Assembly (NCBI GenBank): GCA_963664705.1
Contig: OY761556.1
Span: 6,720,001 to 6,784,000 of the forward strand
DNA length: 64,000 nucleotides
Reading direction: 5' to 3'
From: Acidobacteriota bacterium
Lineage (GTDB): Bacteria; Acidobacteriota; UBA6911
Shown: piece after piece, positions 41,285 to 51,000 of the stretch
How the letters are laid out: each line of letters starts with the position of its first letter
Position numbering within the stretch: the first letter of the stretch is position 1
The notes under the pieces: generated by a model
What the model saw: only the letters and a program-made list of their open reading frames with translations
Database searches by the model: none
Told to the model about the DNA's origin: nothing
Translations under genes and position numbers: made by a program

Positions 41285-41663
41285 GAAAAGAGTCTAGCAT
41301 GATCTACGCTCCGTCGCTATCCTGCCCTGAAAACCGGCTTCCTTGCGTATGCGTGCAGGCGGAGAAGGGCCAGGCGTTTTTTTTATGCCTTCAACTGGAT
41401 AAAAAAGCCGATGGCTAGCGGCCGCGGATGGGCGCCATGACGGCCCCGAAGGAGGACCATCGATTCCCAAACCCCGCGATAGAAAAATTGAAAACGGAAC
41501 GTCTATCCCTCGGCAAAAAATTAATTCCTGTCTGCGCTGCGCGGAATTCCCGGCGGAGTTGTCTCTTTGAGGCAGATTCCACGAGCGTCATAAGGCTGCA
41601 TTCCTCATCTTTATCCGAACACTACCAGCGGATTTGAGTTGACTTTAGAGTCTCCTCGTGGTG

Positions 41664-41699
41664 TCCTATACAATATAAGATATCCTATACGATATGTCA
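41664..41699. promoter_or_regulatory. tandem operator-like palindromes upstream of the AOR gene
   Basis: TCCTATACAATATAAGA (41664-41680) and TCCTATACGATATGTCA (41683-41699); consensus TCCTATA-N3-TATAGGA. Confidence 0.72.
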
Positions 41700-41733
41700 A
41701 TGGTTCAATTGCAAAAGGGACAAGGAGACGGAT

Positions 41734-43779
41734 ATGAAGGGCGGATTTACCGGCAAGATACTTCGAGTAAACCTGACTCAAAAGAGCATCGGCAAAATCG
41801 ATACGGCCCAGTACGAATCATTTGGTGGCGGGCATGGAATCGGTTCGGCGGTTTTCTTTGACCTTGTCGGCGATCAACTGCCTTTCGACGCTTTCGATCC
41901 GAGGAATCTGATCATCATGATGGCTTCTCCGTTTGCCGGCACATTCATGCCGGGATCCGGAAGATGCGAAGTGCAAGGGCTGGGCCCGATGCTCTACCCT
42001 GTGGAGTGGTTTGCCCACAGCAACTTCGGCGGGCGTTTCACGGCGCAACTGAAATTTGCGGGTTGGGACGGCATTGTGGTGGAAGGCGCTTCCGAGGATC
42101 CGGTCTGGATCAATATCGTCAACGACAAAGTCACGATAGAGAGTGCGAGCGGTATCTGGGGAATGGATACCTGGGATACGCAGCAGGAAATCTCGCGACG
42201 CGTGATCCCCGGGCTCAGGCCGGGCGAGTGGGCCGAATTGGCAGGCGATGTCGCGACGACGCAGGTTCCGGCTGTGGTTTGCTGTGGCCCCGCGGGAGAG
42301 ACCCGCAGCCGCCTGGGCGCTCTTCTTCATGGACCCGGATCGCAGGCCGCCCTGTGTGGCTTCGGGGGTGTCTTCGGTTCAAAGAAGCTAAAAGCAATCA
42401 GCGCCATCGGGACGGGAAGCGTGCCGATTGCGGATCCTAAAGCTTTCATGGATGCGCGGCTGTGGTATCGGCAGTTCCAGTGGGACGTGGACAGTCCGCG
42501 GGAAGCGGAGCGATTCAGTACGCGCGCATGGTCGCATTGCAGCGGCCGGCCCAGCGGCGGCAATACGCTCAATAGTCAGCTGCCTCTTGTGCCGGCCCGC
42601 GTCACGGCGTGCGCCTCGTGTCCAAGGGCTTGCCGCATGCGCCTGGCTTCAGCGGAGAGCAATGAGTCCGTTTGCGCGGGGACCATGGCCGTCAGGCTTC
42701 AGGGCGGAGACCAGAAGCTGCTGCGCCAGGCTAATGACCTGATGCAGAAGATGGGGCTGGGACACTGGCAATTCATGCCTCTGCAGGCCTATATCCAAAA
42801 CCTGTATTCAAGGGGAATTCTGGGGAAGGGGAAGAAGATCGATTGCGATCTCCCGTTGGACCAGATTGGAACGATGGGTTATGTCGATACGCTCATGCGA
42901 AAAATCGCCAGCCGCCAGGGAATAGGCAATGATCTCTCCGAGGGCTGTGCGAGGTTTGCCGAGAAGCACGGCCTGTACAAAGAGGATGTGAACAGCGGCG
43001 TTCTAAACCTGGCCTATTGGGGGACGCGTGACCATTATGATCCGCGGATCGAGGTGGAATGGGCGTTTGGCTCGATTCTCGGCGAGCGCGATCTCATGCT
43101 GCACTCGTTTGCCAATCATAATTTCCATTGGATGGCGAACTCAGGTGACCCTTATCTGACCGCCGAGGAGGCTGCCCGTCTCTATTCGGAAGCGCTGGTT
43201 CCCTATAATGGCGATACCTTCCTGGCCGACTTCGGCGACGGCCCCACCGGCATCTACTCCGATTCAAAAGTCAAAATGGTTGCCTGGGTCAAGCACTATG
43301 AAAAGTTCTGGATCGGGGCCGGCGGTTTTTGCGGCTGGCGATGGCCGCAAACCTTCACCAACAACACTGCCGACCGGCGCGGTGCCACACCGCATGCCGA
43401 GCCGAAATTCTGGAATGCAGTCACAGGGGATAACCGCAGCTTTGCCGACTACATGGAACTCGGCCGGAAAATCTATACGCTGGATCGCTCTATCTGGGTG
43501 CTTCAGGGAAGGCACCGGGATATGGAAGTTTTTCCTGATTATGTTTATGACAAGAAATCCCAGGGACTCCTTTTGCCTATGTATGTGGATGGGAAGTGGA
43601 CCTATGCGACCGGGGCTGGCCGAACCCTGGATCGTGCGAAAGTGGAAGACTTCAAAACAAGGTTCTACAAATTCGAGGGCTACAACAGCAGCAATGGTTA
43701 TCCGACACGGGATACTCTCGAAAAGCTGGGCTTGAAAACAGTCGCGGATCAGCTTCAAAAGAAAGGCCGGCTTGGATAG
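41734..43779 (+). CDS. aldehyde:ferredoxin oxidoreductase (W/Mo-bis-pterin) family protein
   Basis: GGFTGKILRVNLT, SNFGGRFTAQLKFAGWDGIVVEG, GFGGVFGSKKLKAI, CASCPRAC and GYPTRDTLEKLGL motifs. Confidence 0.92.
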   Translation: MKGGFTGKILRVNLTQKSIGKIDTAQYESFGGGHGIGSAVFFDLVGDQLPFDAFDPRNLIIMMASPFAGTFMPGSGRCEVQGLGPMLYPVEWFAHSNFGGRFTAQLKFAGWDGIVVEGASEDPVWINIVNDKVTIESASGIWGMDTWDTQQEISRRVIPGLRPGEWAELAGDVATTQVPAVVCCGPAGETRSRLGALLHGPGSQAALCGFGGVFGSKKLKAISAIGTGSVPIADPKAFMDARLWYRQFQWDVDSPREAERFSTRAWSHCSGRPSGGNTLNSQLPLVPARVTACASCPRACRMRLASAESNESVCAGTMAVRLQGGDQKLLRQANDLMQKMGLGHWQFMPLQAYIQNLYSRGILGKGKKIDCDLPLDQIGTMGYVDTLMRKIASRQGIGNDLSEGCARFAEKHGLYKEDVNSGVLNLAYWGTRDHYDPRIEVEWAFGSILGERDLMLHSFANHNFHWMANSGDPYLTAEEAARLYSEALVPYNGDTFLADFGDGPTGIYSDSKVKMVAWVKHYEKFWIGAGGFCGWRWPQTFTNNTADRRGATPHAEPKFWNAVTGDNRSFADYMELGRKIYTLDRSIWVLQGRHRDMEVFPDYVYDKKSQGLLLPMYVDGKWTYATGAGRTLDRAKVEDFKTRFYKFEGYNSSNGYPTRDTLEKLGLKTVADQLQKKGRLG

Positions 43780-43854
43780 CCGATAGGAAATATGTCGAAC
43801 TGCCGATACGCTGGCTTCGAGGGGCGGCTGCCCCAAGTGTAGAGTTCCTCCTGG

Positions 43855-43902
43855 ATGCGTGCGGCGCGTGACCAGAAGTAGTCGGTCACGCGCTGCACGC
43901 AT
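43855..43902. terminator. 19-bp hairpin between convergent genes
   Basis: ATGCGTGCGGCGCGTGACC-loop-GGTCACGCGCTGCACGCAT. Confidence 0.7.
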
Positions 43903-43912
43903 TGCCTCCAAA

Positions 43913-45631
43913 TCATCTCCATTTATCGACGGACATGCTGGATGTGTACCGCAGGTTTCCTGCCTGGAAACGCGCCTGTGTCTGGCCGCCCGCGACTACA
44001 ATCGAGATATCCTCTTTTCTGAGGAAGCGAGGGATCATGGCGTCATCCGGAAGCTTGAACCAGGAAGCAAAGGGCTCGACTCCCTTTTGAGCGCGAGGCA
44101 GATCAAAGGTGAGGATAAAGCTCTCATCCTTGTAGTCGCGCACAGAGTGTACGGCCTTGGTGTAGAGCCAGTCGATGAGCTTCTCTTTGTTGTTGTAGCC
44201 TTGCTCCTTCAGAGCTTTGGCGATGAGGGGGTCGCAAACGACCGTGGCTCCGAACATGCCGGTAAAATTATTGATCACGCTAAGAAACTGCTCGTCATAG
44301 CGTGGCTTCACCGAGATGCCGCCTCCTTTCGCCACCTGGCCCGGCACGATCCCCAAGCCTGTGAAAATGCTGATGACGCTTTCTTCCGGTTTATAGCCGA
44401 GCTGGACGCTCAGTGAATTCCACGGACTGTCCGCTTCGTTTTCGGCTATGACCAGGTTGTTGTAGTTGAGATTGTTCCCGGTGGAACCGAGGTACGTTTC
44501 CCCTGCGATTCCTCCGCCGGCCAGGTTCCTGGACATTATTGTCCAGGCTCGCCCGATCGTTGCATTGGCCTGGCTGAAAGGTCCCAATGCGCCGACCCCA
44601 TAATGCATCTTTATCTGGTCGCGGATAGGACCATTGACTACGACAGAGTAGACAAAAGAATTGGTGGAGCTGTAGAGCGAGGCCTGTCCATTGGCGGCCA
44701 GCGCCAGGATAACGGGGAAGTACTCCGGTTTTGCTCCTGCCATGACGGCATTGGCGGCCACCTGTTCCACGGTGTATTCCCACGGGTCAAAGGCGCCCCC
44801 CGCCATTCTTCCCACAACCTCTTCGGGACGATGGCTGGTTCCTTTCAGCATGGCTGAGACTTTTGCTTCGGTGGGCAGGACAACCGGGATGTAGTCGGTC
44901 ATTCCGCTGTCGATGAAGTTTTGCTGCAGCCGATCGGCCGTGTCCGGTGCGAGCAGCCTTGGATTTGGAGACGGCTTCAGGAATCCGGTTTTCTTTTCTT
45001 CTTCCGTAAGCGGTTTGGTCAGGGCACTGAGGATCTCCTGCATTACCGGTGTGCCCGTGACCGGATCGTTGCCTTCGATGTCACGACGCATTTCCTGGGC
45101 TGTTTTGCCAAAAACGGGGTGAGGAACAAACGTAAACCGCTCGCCCGGCATGCCTCGTTTATAGGCGTTGCCTTTAGCCAGCGCAACAAAACTCCTGGTA
45201 ACGATAGGCGCAGTGGGTTTGCCGAGCTTTTCCAGTTCGAGGCAATGGCCGACGACCGCCGGCGTGCAGGTGCTTCAATGCCCGATTGCCATTACCACTG
45301 CATCCCCCTTTTGCCGGATTTCCTCCCACAACTGCGGATCGTTTTCCGCATAGGCACCTGCCTTCTGCCGGAATTCGAGTTTTACCTTGGGCCTGTTAGT
45401 GGAAAACCAGGACATCATTTCCTTCAGGAATGTATCCGCGCCGACGTAGCGTACATCCACGAAGTAGACGGTCTTGCCGTCCAGTGTGTCGAGGCGCGGC
45501 GCCATCGGGACCAGCCGGATAGGCGGCGGCGTTCCTTTCGGGTTCAGGACTGTTATCTTGGGTTCCTGCGCCCTTAGGGAAGAAAAGCTGAGTGCCAGTA
45601 ATGCTGCGATCAATACTTTCCTGAGATGCAT
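43913..45631 (-). CDS. exported UGSC-type selenoprotein 2 (572 aa; Sec119 at TGA 45277-45275, motif GH-U-STC)
   Basis: ORFs 45275..45631 and 43913..45151 are in frame; the 41 intervening codons (STCTPAVVGHCLELEKLGKPTAPIVT...) are open and homologous to paralogue 1. Confidence 0.9.
45248..45263 (-). promoter_or_regulatory. SECIS-like hairpin
   Basis: GCCGGC-GGTC-GTCGGC beginning 11 nt after UGA, same stem as 38434-38449. Confidence 0.75.
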
Positions 45632-45646
45632 AAAAACCCCCGTAGA

Positions 45647-46180
45647 TCAGTAAAGACGAAATGCCGGACCCATCCCCGAATGGCTGAGAAGATGGACATC
45701 GGCGTGGAAAGCCATAAAAGGAGTCCGATCGCTCTTTGCTACCAGGAGAACCACCCATCCTTCTGCGATGTCGCCGGAATGCATGACGCGGCCCAATTTC
45801 GGGGATGGCAGAACGGCTGTTGCCGCCGGATATTGAATGGAGCCGTCGGAAGAAAAGGCAATGAACTGGTCTTCATTCAACGGGTAGAGCTTGTCTCCCG
45901 GTTTCCCTCTTTCCCGGTATTCGAACCGGATGCGTGCGAGTACGTACTCAAGTCCTGCCGGAGGTTGCGTGTTTGAAGCGCTTTCCTTTTTTAGCAGGTC
46001 CCATGCTTTTTCCCCGCGTCGCATTTCGACCAGTGTGATCCTGGCATCATAAGCCTCCATCGCATTGGCGTAGGCATCGCCAAAAGTGATGACGGTGGAA
46101 GCGGGCGTCCCGATCGGATGGGGATCCATGATGCCCGGAAAGGAAAACAGAAAGAAGAAGATCGAGTATAGATGGTTCAC
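45647..46180 (-). CDS. exported DUF4352-like partner protein 2
   Basis: ITLVEMRRG..PPAGLEYVLARIRFE..GDIAEGWVVL; stops 15 nt before selenoprotein 2. Confidence 0.75.
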   Translation of the reverse strand: MNHLYSIFFFLFSFPGIMDPHPIGTPASTVITFGDAYANAMEAYDARITLVEMRRGEKAWDLLKKESASNTQPPAGLEYVLARIRFEYRERGKPGDKLYPLNEDQFIAFSSDGSIQYPAATAVLPSPKLGRVMHSGDIAEGWVVLLVAKSDRTPFMAFHADVHLLSHSGMGPAFRLY

Positions 46181-46300
46181 AGTTTTTCATGGACCGGGAG
46201 TCGCGCGACAGACCCGGTAGTTCCTTCGCTGAAGCGAGGCATTCCAGAGCCTGTCTCTGTGCCGGTCCGTTCCTCCGCAAAAAGCTAAATTTTGTCTGAA

Positions 46301-47596
46301 TCAGCGCGTCGCATTGTCCGCCCCTGCATCCAGCGTGAATCGCCCGTTCAGCGCGTCGATCCTGATTCTCCCACCCTGGGCAATATCGCTGCCCAGGATG
46401 CCATCCAACTTGATGAAGGTGGCCAGATCGGAAGGACGCGTCGCGATTTCCTGCATCTTCAAACGGTAGCCGGACAGGAGCAGATCCAGCGATGGAATCA
46501 CTTTGGCCTTCGAGTCATCCCATCCGCCGGCAGAGCCGGTTCTTATGTTTTCTGATTTCACTCCCGCAGCCGTTATTTTCTTGAAGATATTTTCCCGGAT
46601 ACTGCTGCTCGATGCTCCGGTATCCAGGCCAAACCGGAGTTTTCGCCCGTTGCCGGCTTGAACGGTGACGGCAGGATATCCGATCCAAAAGAAATTTCGC
46701 TGCAGGCCGGCGTCTCGGATCGGTTGCCGGAAGACGGCCCGCTTGTTGGCGTAATCCACGGTGATATCCATGTGCTGGATGGCATTCCACCCGATGATCC
46801 CATCTATTTTCACAAAAGGAATGAACCCGAACAGCTTAATTTCGAGATCCTTCTTTTGAAGAATAATGGCCGGATGGTTTCGAATGCGGATCCCACCGAT
46901 TTCCATCTCATCGATAATTGCGGGCTGGCTGCTGATTTCCTTCGAAGTGGCGGTCTGGGTGCGTTCCTGGCGTTCGTTGGCCGGACGCACCTTGCACTCG
47001 GGGGCAACGTCGGAGGAAAGAACACTGACGCCTGCGCCTGTATCCAGCCAAAAATTCCTCCGCTGTCCGTTAACCGTCACCGGGACGATTGGGGAGCCGG
47101 TGCGGCTTAGCGCTATGGACAGCTCAACCGGTTTGGGAGGAAACGCATAGGTCTCGCCGGGCGCCTTGCTGTAGGCTTCCGTGAGCGCCTTATCGTCGAC
47201 CTCTTCCGCCATGGGACCCTGTGCCAGTTTCTGGTGATCGGTCCATTTGGACTGATAGAAGAGCAGGGACGAAAGGAGTTTTGTGGAGTGTTTCCTCGTC
47301 AGAGGATCCGCCGACTGGTCCTGCAAAGCCCGAAGCTTTGTTTCGGCGGCTTCCATTTCCCCTGTTTCTATCAGCTTCAACGCTTCAGCAAAGCTGCGTT
47401 GCGCTTCGTCTCCGCCGGCATATGCGAGATCCAGGTTTTCCATCGCTTCCCAAAAAGAGGAGTATGGAACCGGTGCCGGTGCCTGCGGCGTCAGCGCCGG
47501 ATCAAGTTTTTCGATATGAAGTTTCTTCGACGAACACCCGCCGATTGTGATGCAGCACAGTAATAAGGGAATCGGGAAACACGATTTGTAATTCAC
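46301..47596 (-). CDS. two-domain retropepsin-like aspartyl protease, probable lipoprotein
   Basis: FWLDTGA and FGLDTGA motifs, DGIIG/DGILG; IGGC lipobox; start codon uncertain. Confidence 0.85.
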   Translation of the reverse strand: MNYKSCFPIPLLLCCITIGGCSSKKLHIEKLDPALTPQAPAPVPYSSFWEAMENLDLAYAGGDEAQRSFAEALKLIETGEMEAAETKLRALQDQSADPLTRKHSTKLLSSLLFYQSKWTDHQKLAQGPMAEEVDDKALTEAYSKAPGETYAFPPKPVELSIALSRTGSPIVPVTVNGQRRNFWLDTGAGVSVLSSDVAPECKVRPANERQERTQTATSKEISSQPAIIDEMEIGGIRIRNHPAIILQKKDLEIKLFGFIPFVKIDGIIGWNAIQHMDITVDYANKRAVFRQPIRDAGLQRNFFWIGYPAVTVQAGNGRKLRFGLDTGASSSSIRENIFKKITAAGVKSENIRTGSAGGWDDSKAKVIPSLDLLLSGYRLKMQEIATRPSDLATFIKLDGILGSDIAQGGRIRIDALNGRFTLDAGADNATR

Positions 47597-47781
47597 GGTT
47601 CGAGCCTCTGGGTTCTCAGCATTTTGAACAGCCGCCAAAATCGTGGATTTTACACCCAAACGGCGGTCGCGCGCGCCCGGCCGTATTATTGTTTTCCTCT
47701 ATACGTTTCTATCCTGCAATTGAGGAATTTTCAGCTTGACCCCGCCGGACCTGTTAATCTAAATTAATATTGTTAAAGATA

Positions 47782-47798
47782 CTCCATATCGTATAGGA
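47782..47798 (+). promoter_or_regulatory. operator-like motif downstream of TTGACC-N18-TAAATT
   Basis: CATATCGTATAGGAAA at 47785-47800 is identical to 37964-37979. Confidence 0.7.
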
Positions 47799-48015
47799 AA
47801 TACAGCTCAAACAGATCCGAGAAAATGGTTGCAGGGGGCAGCAGGGGAGAAGTCATCCCCGGACGCCCGATGGATGACGGGAAAATCCAGATTTCGCAGT
47901 ATAGGCAACGATTTCGGACTCTGCGGCAGCAGCATAGTTTGTACCCGGAATGATGTGCAGGCTCCCTTGGGTGGTTAAGGAGCCTGGCCTCCTCCAGTTA
48001 GAAAGGGGAATGGTA

Positions 48016-51000
48016 ATGAGGAAGGTTTCTATCACGGCTACCTTGATACTGTGCTTTATCCTGTCTATGAATGTTTTTGGTCAGACAAACGCCTCCCTTA
48101 GCGGAACGGTTGCGGATGGTTCAGGGGCCATTGTTATTGGCGTGGCGGTCAAAGCAACGAATGACAACACGGGTGTTGTCACTTCTGTTGTCAGCAACGA
48201 AGCCGGTATCTACAATTTTGCCAGTCTTATGGCAGGTATGTACACGGTCAGTGCTGAGAAGGCCGGGTTCCGAAGCAAAACCTACACCAAAGTGGAACTG
48301 GGAAGCGGTGCACAGCGACGGCTTAACTTCACACTGGAAGTAGGCGGTGTGGCAACACAGGTGGAGGTTTCCACCTCCGCGGAAGATCTGATCCTGGAAT
48401 CCAGTTCATCGGTCGGGGATGTTCTGATGGAGGATACCGTCAAGAACATGCCTCTGGTCAACCGAAATGCATTGGATCTCGTCAATGTCATGTCCGGTGT
48501 GGTCATGGCGGACGATACTATTTTCAATGCCAATGGATCTTCTTTTGCGGGAGTCAGTGCCGCGGGTGTGAATATTCAGCGCGACGGCATTGCGGTAAAC
48601 GATGTTCGTTATCCGACTGGTGTGAATGCGGCTACCCGCGTCAACCCGGATCTGGTCGGGGAATTCCGTCTCATCCTGGCTCCGGTGGATGCCGAGTCGG
48701 GACGCGGTAATGCGCAGATACAGATCTCCACCAAGTCCGGCACCAACCAGTACCATGGTTCGACGGTCTGGAATGTTCAAAACACGGCATTGGATCCCAA
48801 TACATGGGAGAACAATCGCAGCAGCATTGCGGCGCCCTGGCGGAATCAGCATGAGTGGACAATCAGCGCCGGCGGGCCGATCATCAAGAACAAAACGTTT
48901 TTCTTTGTCCTCTATGACGGCCAGGTGAACAAGATCCGCGCGCCGTTCAATGTTCGCTCGCTGACGCCGTGCGCACAAAGAGGCATCTTCCGGTATTATG
49001 ATAACTGGAGCAACGGCAATTACCTGTCTACCGTATCGGATGCCGGCGCCTCCTATCCGGCCGCTCCGGTTGTGGACAAAAACGGAAATCCTACTCCGCC
49101 CCCGTATCTGAATCCCTCAAATGTCAACAGCGGCCCGCACAATGGCGTCCTCCGATATGCCAGCGTGTTTGGCAAACTGCTGAATACGCCGACAGCGCCG
49201 GATTGCAGTGACGCAAATATTCAGGCAGGCACGGCGTGGGACTCGAACCGGAAGGCAATTGATTCAACCGGTTACATTGCTGCGTTCATGAAGAGAATGC
49301 CGCAAGTGAATAACTACGATATTGGCGACGGGCTGAACACCGCCGGAGCCCGCTGGACTCGTACCCTATATGGTACGGACAATTCTTATGGAGTTGGCGA
49401 AGACACCTATCGACGCCAGATCAACCTTCGTATTGATCACAACATCAATACCAAACACCGGATCAACGGATCCTGGAGCTGGGAGCGATCCTGGGCGGAT
49501 AACGGATTCAAGACCTGGCCGAACGGTTTTGGTGGGCTGACCATTCGCCGCCCGATGGTATTGACGGTTAACTTTATCTCGAGCCTTTCCCCGACCATGC
49601 TCAATGAAGCCAAGTTCGGGATGTCGCGGACCGGAACCAACACGTTCTCGCCCTATGACAACCCTGAGACTGGCGAGCAGCTTCGCAAGGTTCTGCCCCA
49701 GATTAACGGATACGGCATTGCGGTAGGGATGGGGGCGGGAGCCGTTGCATTCAAACCGGACGATGGTTCTACCGGAGGAAGCAACGATTTTGGCGGGCGA
49801 GGCAATATCTCGAACTCGGCCATCGATACCAGTCCCAGATACTCCTTCGGGGACACCTTCTCCTGGACCAAAGGTCTGCATTCCTTCAAGTTCGGCGGCG
49901 AGTATCGACGGGCAACTTCGAACTCCCTGACCCGGTTCACCGGCGCTTTTGGTGCCGGCACCACGAGCTACGCCTATGTTTCCGGCGGCGACACCACCTA
50001 TTCTCCTGTCGCGGGGATCACCAGCACCAACATGCCTGGTCTGGCCGGCGATACATCGGGGGGCAACCGCTCGGTTATGGAAGACCTGCTGAATTTCCTT
50101 TCCGGGTCCGTAGCTCAGGTGAGGCAGTGGCGATTCATCAACAATGCAACTCAAGCCTCGTTCAACGATCCTCTCAAAGAAGATCAGTTCATCCGCAATT
50201 TCTTCCAGCAGGAATTCAGTTTTTTCCTTAAAGATGACTGGAAGATAAGGCCGGATCTTACACTCAACCTCGGTGTCCGCTTTGACTACTTCGGAGTCCC
50301 CCATCTCGACAATGGTTTGACCAATGGATTCGTGGGTGGATCGGGTACTCTTTTTGGCCGTTCCGGGACCGATTTTGACGGCTTCATGAAACCTGGGGAG
50401 AGAGGTTCCGATACCAAACTGCAATTTATCGGACCGGGCTCGCCGAATCCTGATGCCATCCTGTATCCGCGCGATACCAACAACTGGGGCCCTGCGATCG
50501 GGTTTGCCTGGCAGATCCCATGGTTCGGTAAAGACCGAGCCACGCTGCGTGGAGGATATCAGATCAGTTACATAGGAAATAACGGCCGGGCGGCCACCAT
50601 CCAGAACGCATCCGGGATGGCGCCGGGTACTTCCTATCTGAATTCCTATACTCCGAGCACTACCCAGACCTACCTTGATATGAACAATCTTTCGGCTCTT
50701 GTTCCCGTGATCCCGATGCCCGGCAATATTACGCCGGCTATCGCTATTTTTCCGGTAACGGATCGAAAATCGGATATCACGGCTTTTGAGCCGGGATACA
50801 AATCACCGTATATTCAGAACCTGACGCTGGCGCTGACCACCAACGTTACTTCAAAAATTACCGTCGATGTTCGGTACATCGGCACTCTGAGCCGAAGTCT
50901 CTTCTCGAACTTCAATATCAATCCGTCGAATTTCACCACGAACGGGCTGCTGGAAGCATTTGATGCGGCGCGGGCCGGCGGTGAATCGACGCTGCTGAAT

